Assembly (NCBI RefSeq): GCF_000143415.4
Contig: NW_003314296.1
Coordinates: 1,215,858-1,279,857, forward strand
Direction of reading: 5' to 3'
DNA length: 64,000 nt
Source: Selaginella moellendorffii
Lineage: Eukaryota; Plantae; Lycopodiophyta
How positions within the stretch are numbered: position 1 is the stretch's first letter; the number at the start of each line of letters is the position of its first letter. Below, in pieces: positions 1 through 10,266 of the stretch. Position numbers and translations under genes: made by a program. The notes under the pieces were generated by a model that saw only the letters and a program-made list of their open reading frames with translations, was not told where the DNA came from and made no database searches.

Positions 1-1141
1 CCGACTGGCGTGGAGTTTGCAGCGGAGTTGTATGACCTTGTGTACGAGGATTTGGTGGACCTTTACCCTGTTACTCGTGATGCAGTCTCTATAACTCTGA
101 TACAGTCGGGAGATCACATACTAAACATGTAAGTTCTTTGCATTCTGTTGATGTTGCATCTTTAACTCCTTTATTGTCTACCTTGCGACAGGTTCGATGA
201 ACGCATTAGTAAATATGCGGAAGACAAGTTTAAACGAGATGGAATAAACGTTCAAACAAACTGCCACGTTAATGCAGTAAAGGAAAATGAAGTAGAGACG
301 ACAGAAAAGAAATCCGGACAAACTGTTATGATTCCTTTCAGCTTGGCTGTTTGGTCGACGGGCATTGGAACACGACCATTGATCAGGAAGTTTATGGAGC
401 AAGTTGGACAGGTATAAGAAGTTTTAATTCTTCGCTGGTTTGATTGTTGTTGCATTTTGATAAATTTACAGAAGAACAGGCGGGTTTTGGCTACCGACGA
501 GTGGCTTAGAGTAAGAGGTTGCGAAGGAGTGTTTGCAGTAGGAGACTGTGCTACCATTGAGCAGCGAAAGATCATGGTTTGATGCTTTAAGTTTTGTTTC
601 TCCGCTAAGGCGTTTGCTGAAACTACCTTGTGGGCTTTGCAGGAAGACATAACGTACATATTTAAACTGGCTGACAAAGATCAAAACGGCATCCTGTCAC
701 TAGAGGAGTTCAAAGAAGCAATGGAAACCATAAGGGGAAGATATCCTCAAATAGATATGTACCTCAAGAGCCACCACCTCGCCAACACTATGAGCCTACT
801 GCACGAGGCAAAGCAGCTCGGTCAGGAATCTGAAGTGGAGCTCGACATTGACAAGTTTAAGCAGGCACTTGCTCAAGTCGATTCCGAGACGAAACTCCTT
901 CCCGCCACTGCTCAGGTACCAATTTGTGTTTTTCTTTCTTTGTGCTTTTTCAAGAGTTGAATCGTGCGTGGTATGCATAGGTTGCAGCACAACAAGGGAC
1001 TTACTTGGCGCGCTGTTTCAACGACATGGATTACTGCGAGGAGCACCCAGAGGGACCAGTTCGCGTCCGAGCGTCTGGGCGTCACAGATTTCAACCATTC
1101 AGGTACCACAGCTCTCGTTGTTTCCTTTTGTTTTAGACTCA

Positions 1142-1174
<33 letters not shown>

Positions 1175-1464
1175 CTTACAACAGATACAAGCATTTCGGG
1201 ATGTTTGCGCCTCTTGGTGGCGAAGAAGCGGCGGCGGAGTTGCCAGGGGATTGGGTTTCAATCGGTCGAAGCAGTATGTGGCTTTGGTACTCGGTGTATC
1301 TCAGGTACTTCGTTTCCTACGCACCCGAAATCTTCTCGTTTCTCATTCTTTCTCGTGTGAAATTTGTGGAAAACAGCAAGCAAGTCAGCTGGAGGACTAG
1401 ATTTGTTGTTCTTTTCGATTGGACAAAGCGGTTTGTTTTTGGAAGAGATTCGACTCGTATTTAA
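1..1464 (+). CDS. NDB: Type II external NAD(P)H:ubiquinone oxidoreductase, NDB-type with EF-hand (3' part, spliced; 5' end outside window)
   Basis: Spliced translation gives PTGVEFAAEL..., AVWSTGIG, TDEWLRV..VFAVGDCATI, an EF-hand (DKDQNGILSLEEF), PATAQVAAQQG and YKHFGMFAPLGGE, ending FVFGRDSTRI* at 1464. Confidence 0.93.
1141..1174. repeat. (CT)n-(CG)n microsatellite in NDB intron
   Basis: ctctctctc...cgcgcgcgcg read directly. Confidence 0.85.
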
Positions 1465-1494
1465 GCCGTCAAGCTTCACTTGTTTATAAACATT

Positions 1495-1782
1495 CTAATT
1501 TGTACCGTGAATATAGCCATTCGTTATTGTTATAGATGTTTGAAATCCGTTCCTTCTTCTTACGTTCCATTTGCTTACAAGCTCTTCGTGGATCTTGGTC
1601 ACCGACTCCAAGCAGTCCTGGTTGATGAGGAGCGTGATGTGGGTGATGCCTCTGGAGGTGAGCTTGGAGCAGAGGTTGAGCATGGGAATTACGTGGCCAA
1701 GCAGTGGATGTGAAAATACAAGGATGTGCTTGTATTGAGAAGGTCAAGATTTTGAAATTTCTATAATTCTTGTTTCTTTCAT
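1495..1782 (-). pseudogene. N-terminal fragment of a family-1 UDP-glycosyltransferase
   Basis: Minus strand reads KHILVFSHPLLGHVIPMLNLCSKLTSRGITHITL, the UGT N-terminal GHxxP motif. There is an in-frame TGA after the ATG at 1782, and no PSPG box before the frame runs into the NDB 3' end. Confidence 0.7.
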
Positions 1783-2202
1783 TTCATCAGATCATCAAAT
1801 GTTTTCGTGCCAAAGCAGGAAAAAAAAGCATGAATGAAAGCTTTTTCTGCCAAACCGTTTGTTTCATGGAGAAAATCATTTTAATAATCAAGCAAAAGAT
1901 TAATTATATAATTGTGCATTCCCCTCATTCAAGGTAAAATGTCCATTATGGTTGGGACGTTTGATTAGTTAGCATTGTTCTTTTCGTGTTTGTGCCCTCC
2001 TGTCAATCGCTCAATCCTGAAACTCTGGCTGATTAGCTGTGCAAACAAAAACGAATATTGAAAGAATATTTCCTTCCAGGAGTCAATGCATTTTGACCCA
2101 GCCTCGTTCACGATCGGTAATAATCTGCAATGGAGCTAGCGTTCATTTTCTTACTCTAGAAAAAATTAGATGCCACATTACAGGAGTTTAATCAATACCT
2201 AA

Positions 2203-2276
2203 GGCCTATTAGCTCAGTTGGTCAGAGCGTGGTGCTAATAACGCCAAGGTCGCAGGTTCGAAACCTGCATAGGCCA
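2203..2276 (+). tRNA. trnI-AAT: tRNA-Ile (AAT)
   Basis: GGCCTAT/ATAGGCC acceptor stem, D-arm AGCTCAGTTGGTCAGAGC, anticodon arm TGGTG-CT-AAT-AA-CGCCA, T-loop GGTTCGAAACC; 74 nt. Confidence 0.96.
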
Positions 2277-2320
2277 GTTATTCTATTCTTATATAATTTT
2301 GTTTAACAATCAATATGAAT

Positions 2321-2380
2321 ATGCTAGAGTCCTCTAGAATATATGGGAACACTCTAGAGGTGTCATCCCAGTGTATAAAA
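2321..2380 (+). promoter_or_regulatory. Imperfect heat-shock elements plus TATA box of the sHSP gene
   Basis: Alternating nGAAn/nTTCn-like units (CTCTAGAAT, GGAACACTCTAGAG) followed by TATAAAA at 2374-2380, ~80 nt before the HSP ATG. Confidence 0.6.
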
Positions 2381-2458
2381 GAGGAGAGCAATCGCTCACA
2401 TCCAGCATTGATCAAGTCTATTTGTTTCTAGCATTCACCTGGCAAATCTCTTGCCCAC

Positions 2459-2878
2459 ATGGCTTTGTATTTCTACAGCAATGGCGGTTCAAACATCTTG
2501 GATCCCTTTGAGGAGATCTCGTCCATCTTTTCTTGTGGCAACAGCAGCGCCGCCGCCAACACTCGCGTGGATTGGGTCGAGACACCCGAGGCACACATCT
2601 TCAAGGCCGATCTCCCGGGTGTGAGTAGAGAGCAAGTGAAGATCAGCGTGGAGGACGGCCGCACTCTCCAGATCAGTGGCGAGAGGAAGAAGCACGAGTC
2701 TGACAAGAGCGATAAGTGGCACCGCGTGGAGCGCAGCCACGGCAGCTTCTTGCGGAAATTCCGGCTGCCCGACAGTGCGAATGTGGAGGCGATCAAAGCG
2801 ACAGTAGAACACGGTGTCCTCACTGTCACAATTCCAAAGATCCCCAAGCCACAGCCACGAACAATCCAAATAGAATAG
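2459..2878 (+). CDS. HSP20: Cytosolic class I small heat-shock protein (alpha-crystallin domain)
   Basis: [21 protein letters not shown]...[18 protein letters not shown]...[10 protein letters not shown]; intronless, 139 aa. Confidence 0.95.
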   Translation: MALYFYSNGGSNILDPFEEISSIFSCGNSSAAANTRVDWVETPEAHIFKADLPGVSREQVKISVEDGRTLQISGERKKHESDKSDKWHRVERSHGSFLRKFRLPDSANVEAIKATVEHGVLTVTIPKIPKPQPRTIQIE

Positions 2879-3406
2879 AGAGCGGTGAAATGGATGGGAA
2901 TAAAGTGAAAGCTCTCTTTTAACTTTTATTTATAGTTTTTTTAATTATTGTACGTTTAAGAATTATAAACAAGGTGGGCTTTGAGAATATTCTTTATTTT
3001 GTGCTGTTTTAATGGTGAGGTGAAAATTTGGTCGTAAGCAACAGCTTCTTTATTGACGACCTCTTACTGTGATTATCTCCTAGAAACTAGGCAGGTAAAA
3101 CTATAGAATATGTTTTTTTTCGGCAGCTCCTCTGCTAGCCGCGAAACAATAGTTCCACGCCCAAAACATTTGTACTCTGGTTTTCTTCTCGCTCTTGCTC
3201 AATGGATAGTGTAGATCATTCTAATTTTCACAGAAACTCCTTCCCTACTCTTCTCCATGGGTTCGGAAAGCAAATACATCCCACAAAAGGCCCATTCCTG
3301 ACGAGCGAGATCTTGAGATACAGGGAAAGAAATTTACTGGGTTAATGCTAGAATCATGTGAGAAACTGCTCCTCTTTTATTATGTTTATGATCAACTGAG
3401 GTAAAA

Positions 3407-3660
3407 TTAAATAGGCTGACAGGTGCCACAGAGCCTGCGAAGATGCAGTGGCCTTGGCAACAATCACGGTCTTTGGAGCACCGTGCCAAGGTACCCCCGC
3501 ATCCTTCGAGGAGTTTCCTAGTGACAATCCCGTTCTCCCCTGGATATTTTATTAGCAAAACTTATGGTTAGAGATCTGAATTTTAACTTACCTGTTGCAA
3601 GTGTCATCGAAACCACAAAAGAGAAGAACAAAAGCTGGTTGAGAGCTGACTCTTTGCCAT
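3407..3660 (-). pseudogene. Secreted knottin-like Cys-rich peptide precursor, copy A (frameshifted)
   Basis: ATG at 3660, intron 3591-3540, exon 2 GENGIVTRKLLEGCGGTLARCSKDRDCCQGHCIFAGS. Relative to copy B it has a 10-nt deletion in exon 1 and a 4-nt deletion before the sixth Cys. Confidence 0.7.
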
Positions 3661-4674
3661 TGTGTTGTGTGAATTGTTGCCTCGAATAGGCTAGCTTTTA
3701 TACTCTGGGAGTGTGGTCTGATGTGAATATTCTAAACGTCAATCCTTGTACCAGCCACAGTTTTCCTATTGATCCAAGAAAAATGAAGCAAAATCTAACC
3801 TAACTAACATATGGCAGATCAGATCAAATCATAATCAACTTTTCCCTGGTTCTGTTTATGTAATATTTATTAACTTTTGATCATCTCGACTAAAGTGAAA
3901 GCTCTCTCTAACTATCATTTATCCTAATTTAATAATGATGTTTTACTTCAGTTCAGAACTTTTTAATTTGAATTAAACATTTTTTTATTTGTATTTAAGC
4001 AAAGTAGTATATCTAAGTGGGCTTTGAGAATTATTTTTGTTTTGCACTTTTCTAATGGTCCAAATTGTATTATATCTCATTTTAATGGATAAGATTAGGT
4101 GTGTGTCTAGAAAATCTTAATTACCATACACAATCAATTTTCTTAATCTAATGGTTCTAAATTATTAACTACTATTAACTTTTTTAATGCTAGTTCTCAA
4201 CTTTTCTAGTAACACCTATGGGAGGCTACTCCACTTTATCTTATAAATATAGCAACAATCTTCGGGAAAGAATTTTTTTATATGTTGTCATGGTAATGAT
4301 ACATGTTTTTAAGTGCCCAGATGGAGACATAAGACCATAATATAATAAATGCCAATAAAAATCTTTTATACTCTTTTGTTTTTCTAGTTTTCAATTTTGG
4401 TGATGTGGGTAGAAATTAAAGGGTGAAACTACTGGTTAATATTCTTAATTAAAATGTTTAATTTTAAGATCATTGGGTTATATTTTGCTTCATTTTTTCT
4501 TATCAATATACATTGAGGAACTTTAATTATGATTGGCAAAATTGTGGTTGGTAGCAAGGATGAGGTTTAGAGTATTCACAAAAGTTAGACCACACCGTTG
4601 TTAATTTTGTTATATGATATTCACTCCCAGAGCATAAAAGCTAGTCTATTCGAGGCAACAATTCACACAACACA

Positions 4675-5023
4675 ATGGCAAAGAGTCAGCTCTCAACCAT
4701 GGTTTTGCAGCTTTTGTTCATCTCCTTTGTGGTTTCGACGGCACTTGCAATAGGTAAGTCAAAATTCAGATCTCTAACCATAACTTTTGCTAGCAGGGGA
4801 GAACGGGATTGTCACCAGGAAACTCCTCGAAGGATGCGGGGATACGTTGGCACAATGCTCCAAAGACCGTGATTGTTGCCAAGGCTCGCAGGCTCTACGC
4901 TTGGAACGTGTCAAACTTTCTAGTTTTACCTCAGTTGATCATAAACATAATAAAAGAGGAGCAATTTCTCTGCATTCCTGCATTACGATGCAAATGCAAG
5001 GCCATCAATGGGGAAAGTGGTGA
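4675..5023 (+). pseudogene. Secreted knottin-like Cys-rich peptide precursor, copy B (frameshifted in Cys domain)
   Basis: Signal peptide MAKSQLSTMVLQLLFISFVVSTALA, intron 4754-4796, then RKLLEGCGDTLAQCSKDRDCCQG. It lacks the 10 nt CACTGCATCT present in copy A; the ancestral-frame end TCQTF* stops at 4921-4923. Confidence 0.7.
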
Positions 5024-5067
5024 CATGATTCTAGCATTCACCCGAGATCTCGCTCGCCTCAAAGGAT

Positions 5068-5070
<3 letters not shown>

Positions 5071-5102
<32 letters not shown>
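5071..5102. repeat. (AG)n microsatellite
   Basis: Read directly. Confidence 0.9.
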
Positions 5103-5106
<4 letters not shown>

Positions 5107-5562
5107 GCATGGCGAGAGAAAATCTGGAATGATCCATGCTATCCAAAGAGCAACAAGAACATCAGAGTACAAATGTTTTGGGCGTGGAGCTATTTTTTCG
5201 CGGCTAGCAGAGGAGCTGCCGAAAAAGAACATATTCTATAGTTTTACCGTGCTTTCCGCATTGAGAGAGTTTCCAGGAGATCATAAACTTCATCACAGTG
5301 CGCTTAGTTTAGTGGCTTCTCCAATCAAAAACTCAAAGCTCAAGAAACCGTAATTCCCCTTGGAACGAAAGAGTGCTGGTCTACTTGCGCCATATTGTGT
5401 TATTCAAAATTTTAGACACCCACGAATCCATACGCTCTATCTGCGCTCTCCCAGACAGATAGAGAAGAAAGAACCCCACCAACTTTTCACCAGACCACAA
5501 AGTCTGGTGTACGCAAAGATTACAAACAGAAATTAGAAAAACAAGAACACACACTCTCTCTC

Positions 5563-7206
5563 TTAAACATCGGCGTCCACATCCTTCTCTTCGTTTGGCT
5601 TGGCGTCGCCGCTCTCTTCCTCCGCCGGCGGCGGTGGAACCTGTTCTTCCTCGGGCAGCGGCTCCTCCACATAGTCATTCTCAAACGCGTCCGATGGAAC
5701 CAGGTACAATCTCACCTGTGGCTTCTGCGGGTCCTTGACAAGAACATACTTACCTTCGGCCAGCTTCAAGCAAACATCCACGATCGACTTGACAATCCCC
5801 CACATGTTGTTGGTGCTGAGATTGATCTGCGCTGCGAAATCCTTGGGCTTGTGCCCCTGGACGCTCAGCACCGTGTGGTTGTAGTGATCGCGGGGATGGA
5901 TCCTCGACACGTACCCCAGCTTCATCACGTCCGCGCTCGCCAGCAGCGCCTGCGCGGTCCACTTGGCGAGCTTGTTCGCGTTGTTCTTGAGCTCGGTCGC
6001 CAGCACCGCGCCGCGCTGCGTCTCCAGCTTCTGCCTCCAGTCCACCCCCGAGAGCTTGGGATCGAACTCGTTGAGCGCGTTGAGCGTGAGGAAGACGCTG
6101 CCGTTCTTCGACTCCATGACGCTGTGGAGCTCGCAGCGCGCCACCAGGAACGTCTCGTCGTCGAGCTTCCAGCGGCGGTACCTGTACGCCACGCTCGCCG
6201 CCACCTCGCTGTCCCCGGCGAACGGGTTCTGCTCCTGGAACTGGACCTTGCCGCCGTCTCGGACGAGCACTTGCTGCGAGAAGTTCTGGTTGATGTACGC
6301 CGCCTCCACGCTGAGCGAGTGCGCCGAGTTGATGTCCTCCTTGGCCTCGGGCAGTGGCTCCTGGCAAGTCTCGTTCACGGACAGGAGATCCAGCTGCGAG
6401 TTGTCCCGCTTGTCGAAGAAGAGCTTGTTTCCAACGCGCTGGACGACGATGTCCCACGAGTAGACCGAGCGCGGAGCACACATGAGCGTGGAGAGGATGT
6501 TGTCCGTCGCGAACACCGTCGCCTTGTCCTCGCTGGCCAGGCGGCGGATCACCGGATCATCGCTCGTTGTCACCTTGAAGAAGTTCATGTTCTTGAAGCG
6601 CTCCAGGCGGCGGTCGGTCTTGGGCGTGACGCGATCGTAGGCCTTGTCGTAGTACTCGAGCGCGCCACACATCGCCAGGTCCTCGGGCTCGCCAACGTTG
6701 AAGTTGAGCTTGGAGAAAGTCGTGAAGGGGATCTGATCCAGCATCGTCCACTCGGGCTGGATGTCCACCGAGCTCCGGAACGCCGCCGCCTCGCGCCGCT
6801 GGGACGTCCGGTTCTGGTTGTACTGCTTGTCACGCCGCTGCTTCTCCTTCTCGGCCTCGCGCTTCTTGGCCTCGAGCTCCTCGTCCTTGCGCTGAGGGAG
6901 GAGGCGCTGGTTGGGCCGCCACTTGTTGTAGTTCCGCCGCGGCGGCGGCTTCCCATCCACGGGCTTGAATGTGTCCTCGTCGGCTTCATCGTAGACGAAA
7001 TCAAAGACGCTCTCGCCCGCGCGCATACCTCGAGAGGGATAGGATCGGCTCCAATCGGCGGCGCGCCCCAGCTTCTCGTTCTTGGCGAAGGGCGCCAGGA
7101 GGAGCGGGCTTTGCGCCGCCGCCGCTGGCAGTGTCGATGACTCCGGCGGCCCCCATCCCTCGGGATTCTCCACCACGTCCGGGACCTTGAACCCCGCCCT
7201 CACCAT
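5563..7206 (-). CDS. eIF3d: Eukaryotic translation initiation factor 3 subunit D
   Basis: 547-aa intronless ORF: NPEGWGP, SVDIQPEW, TTSDDPVIR, RSVYSWDIVV, DWRQKLETQRGAVLATELKNN, KDPQKPQVRLY. Confidence 0.97.
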   Translation of the reverse strand: MVRAGFKVPDVVENPEGWGPPESSTLPAAAAQSPLLLAPFAKNEKLGRAADWSRSYPSRGMRAGESVFDFVYDEADEDTFKPVDGKPPPRRNYNKWRPNQRLLPQRKDEELEAKKREAEKEKQRRDKQYNQNRTSQRREAAAFRSSVDIQPEWTMLDQIPFTTFSKLNFNVGEPEDLAMCGALEYYDKAYDRVTPKTDRRLERFKNMNFFKVTTSDDPVIRRLASEDKATVFATDNILSTLMCAPRSVYSWDIVVQRVGNKLFFDKRDNSQLDLLSVNETCQEPLPEAKEDINSAHSLSVEAAYINQNFSQQVLVRDGGKVQFQEQNPFAGDSEVAASVAYRYRRWKLDDETFLVARCELHSVMESKNGSVFLTLNALNEFDPKLSGVDWRQKLETQRGAVLATELKNNANKLAKWTAQALLASADVMKLGYVSRIHPRDHYNHTVLSVQGHKPKDFAAQINLSTNNMWGIVKSIVDVCLKLAEGKYVLVKDPQKPQVRLYLVPSDAFENDYVEEPLPEEEQVPPPPAEEESGDAKPNEEKDVDADV

Positions 7207-7314
7207 CGCTCGCGCCGCCCTAATCCAAGAACCCTAAAATGCTGCTAGAACCCTAAAACGATGAGCCTGAATATACTGAGAACATTCGTTTCGGGAATAT
7301 GCTTGATTATGCTT

Positions 7315-7859
7315 TTAGGGCACGAAGAGCACGAGGAGGAGGGCGACAAGTGGAAGGAGTGGTGGAGACGGAGGCGGCGGCGAGGAGGAGAATTCCGGGG
7401 CGGTGGCGGTGATGTTCCGCGAGGGGGCGGTGGTGGTGGCGGTGATCGCGAGCTTGAGATTGGAGACGCAGTGGCCGGGGACGCCGCAGATGAAGTAGGC
7501 CTTTGGGGAGGCGATGGCGAAGGAGGAATTGGGCGGGATGGTGGCGATGGGATTGTTGATGTTGCAGCCATCGAAATCGCCCTGCGTGACCTGGAGGACC
7601 GAGTGGCGGGGCGGAGTGTAGATGAAAACTGGGCAAGAGGAAAAGATCACTCGAATTGGATCCAAGATTGCAGCAAATTCACGATGAATTTCCACTTACC
7701 CAGCGAGTCTTGCCCCATCACGAAGCTGTACTTGCTCGCCCACTGCGCGTAGTCGACGCCCAGATCCCAGTGACGATCATCGCCCACCAGGTACGCTCTC
7801 GCATTCGCGCGATCGCTGAGAAGCAGGGACGATGCGATCGCCAGCAGCCAGCGGCCCAT
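7315..7859 (-). CDS. Phytocyanin (plastocyanin-like blue copper protein) with signal peptide, S/T/P linker and GPI-like C-terminus
   Basis: VGDDRHW...YAQWAS..F | VFIY...HSVLQV...C...YFICGVPGHC..LKL; intron 7699-7629; hydrophobic tail LLPLVALLLVLFVP. Confidence 0.9.
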
Positions 7860-8141
7860 GAATGATCGATCGATCGAAGAAAGCATTTTCCTTGGAGAAG
7901 CAAAGAGAGGCGAATTGATTCGTTGGCGTGCCTTTGAATGAATGGAATCAACTCTTTCATAATTAATGAGAACTCTCTTGCGCCAAAAACATTGAGGAAC
8001 TTTCCCTTTTTCTTTACGATTTGATCGATCCGTGGATCTGTGCTACTACTCCTACTACTAGCTAGCTAGAGCTTTTGTACACGCCAGGGAAGCTAGCATA
8101 GCCATATAAACAGTAAGTGTTTATACACATACCTCTCTCCT

Positions 8142-10086
8142 TTAAAACTCCACACTACTGCTGAGTTGCAGAGAGAACGAAGCTCGTCGCAAATTCTCGA
8201 GCGGTGTCTCGACTTGCAAAACTAGGCCAGAACTTCCGGTGTGTTCACCGTTTCTCTTCGATCGGCCCACCTGTGATAGTAGCAAGCGAACTGGGATTAA
8301 GATCACTGAGAAACGAGGAGGAAAACCAACCGAAATGGATGCAAACGCCGATGGCTCCAGCGTGAGCGAGCAGCCACAAGCAACGCTGAGTTTTTCCTTT
8401 GGCGAGTGTACAACCTCGGCTCTCCAGCCGGCGTTTCGTCCACCGAAAGTTGGAGTGACACTGCCAAACATCCAAGTTATGGAGAGGAAAACTCGAAAAA
8501 GCTATAGTACCTGAGCTGTACAGTGGGTCTCAGCATTAATCCCGACCTCTGCCACGCTAGAGGTTGAGTAACTCCAACAGACACTGATTTTTCTGGCAAG
8601 TGGAGGGACGGGCAGATTCTCGTCCCGCATTGATTCTGTGGAAGAAAAGAAAAACTTAGTTTGATCGACATGATTGAAGATATATACCTTGATTGAGAAG
8701 CTGAGTTTGCTTTCGCCGGGATGCCGACCTTGTAATTGCAGCAGTCCACCGTAAACTGGAAGAAAAGCGCTCCCGGACACACCTTCACCCGCTACGTACG
8801 TCATCTGACCATTTGGAAACTGCAAGTCCATGAAAGACTGCAAATTCGAAAGGGAATCAGTACACACCGAGTCAAGAAAAAAGAAAAGAAAAAACTTACG
8901 CATGCCAGAGGATTTAAACAGATCATTGACATGAGCAGCCATCTCCGATGCTTGGACCATATAGCCGGGCACAAGGAATGCAATCCATTCTGTCGTGAAA
9001 AACAAACACAGACTCAAGTTTCCATATAAGAAAAATTAGATTTTTTCTTGCCTCCTCCTTACCTTTCGATCAAAGCCATACCACAGCAAGTGACGCTTGG
9101 ACAAATGTATCGGTAACAGAAGCGTTGTGTCCCGGACAAACAGGATAGGCCCGATTTGCAACAGGAACAAAGGAGACGAACCATTGCTCGAGGAAGCTCC
9201 TCCATGGGACGCCTCGGCCCTCCACAGGTCCCCCCTTGCGACGACCGAGCTCTCGATGTCCTGAGTCCTACTATCGTAAGTCGTAGTTACAGTGATGCTA
9301 CTCTGCTCGCCACCACACACGCACAAAAGAAAAGTCACGATGCGCAAGAAAAACAAAGAAGAAGAGACAAAGGCTATTTACCTGCTTGTGGAATTGATTC
9401 GATGACTTGGTGATGGCTGCCACTAGCTCCTCTCTAGAAGCCTCGTAAGAAGCTGGCGCCTCTGCAGTGACAACAGGAGCTTCTCTCAGTCCTTCTTCCA
9501 TCCTCCTTTGCCTTGCGCTAGTCGGACTTTGCCAGGAGTTCAGCATGACACCGGCATCGCTGCTACTGTCCTTCCACTCCATAGTTCCTCCGGCCAATCC
9601 ATCCTCCGACCCACAATGAAAAGGAAGCGAATTCCCGGAACTCAATCCCGGCGGAGCTTTGTGGAACTGATTCACGACATGGCCGACGAAACCACCGACG
9701 CATGCCCCCAGATCCGCTCGAGCTTGTCCCAGCCTGTTCCCGAGCTCCAAAAAAGCGGAGGAGATTTCCGGAGCTCTATGAGTAATGGGAAGAAGCGGCC
9801 CCTTGCCAGAGATTTGAGCTCGCTCTCTCTCGTTCTCACCTCTTTGTTCCTGCTGCTGCTGCTGCTCCATGAACGGCCATGGCAAATTCAATCGTATGCC
9901 CCAGCTTTGCGGCTCTTGCGGGCTCACATCGTCGGCCTGTGGCACGCAAACCCCAGTGGAGGATCGAATGTGGCTCTGGAGCATGCATCCCAATCCCTGG
10001 GCCAGGGAATTAAATTTCTCGGCAATGAATCCCTGCCCGTGGCGCTGCATTTCCTCCCAGCTCTCCATCGAGATCGAGCGCTCCAT
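8142..10086 (-). CDS. Conserved plant protein of unknown function (spliced; beta-strand-rich C-terminal half)
   Basis: N-terminus MERSISMESWEEMQRHGQ. Spliced exons YDSRTQDIESSVVARGDLWRAEASH, HLSKRHLLWYGFDRK, CPAIWSKHRRWLLMSMICLNPLAC, FMDLQFPNGQ, ending SFSLQLSSSVEF*. Resembles a conserved uncharacterised land-plant family, from memory. Confidence 0.8.
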
Positions 10087-10266
10087 CCTGCGATCACCGC
10101 CACATTCCGACCGATGGAAGCGCGAGCTAGCGAGCGAGCGCCATGCCCATTTCCCTACCTTGCTAAAACCGACCCTAGACCTAAATTTCTTCTTTAACCC
10201 TTTATGGGGTTATGTAAAACCCTAGTGATTGGTTTGGAAAGCCCTAGTGATTAGGGTTTGTTCGTG
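10087..10266. promoter_or_regulatory. ~180-bp bidirectional promoter with telo-boxes
   Basis: Head-to-head ATGs at 10086(-) and 10267(+), with AAACCCTAG/TAGGGTTT motifs and a repeated CCCTAGTGATT between them. Confidence 0.6.

Larger units (their letters stand above)
3093..5247. repeat. Inverted duplication (arms ~3093-3800 and ~4476-5247) carrying the peptide genes
   Basis: 3093-3200 is the reverse complement of ~5150-5247, and promoter, exon and 3' flank sequences match in inverted orientation. Confidence 0.85.

Noticed and set aside
5851-7140. 429-aa + strand ORF and other ORFs overlapping eIF3d
   Set aside because: Antisense or alternate-frame shadows of a GC-rich CDS.
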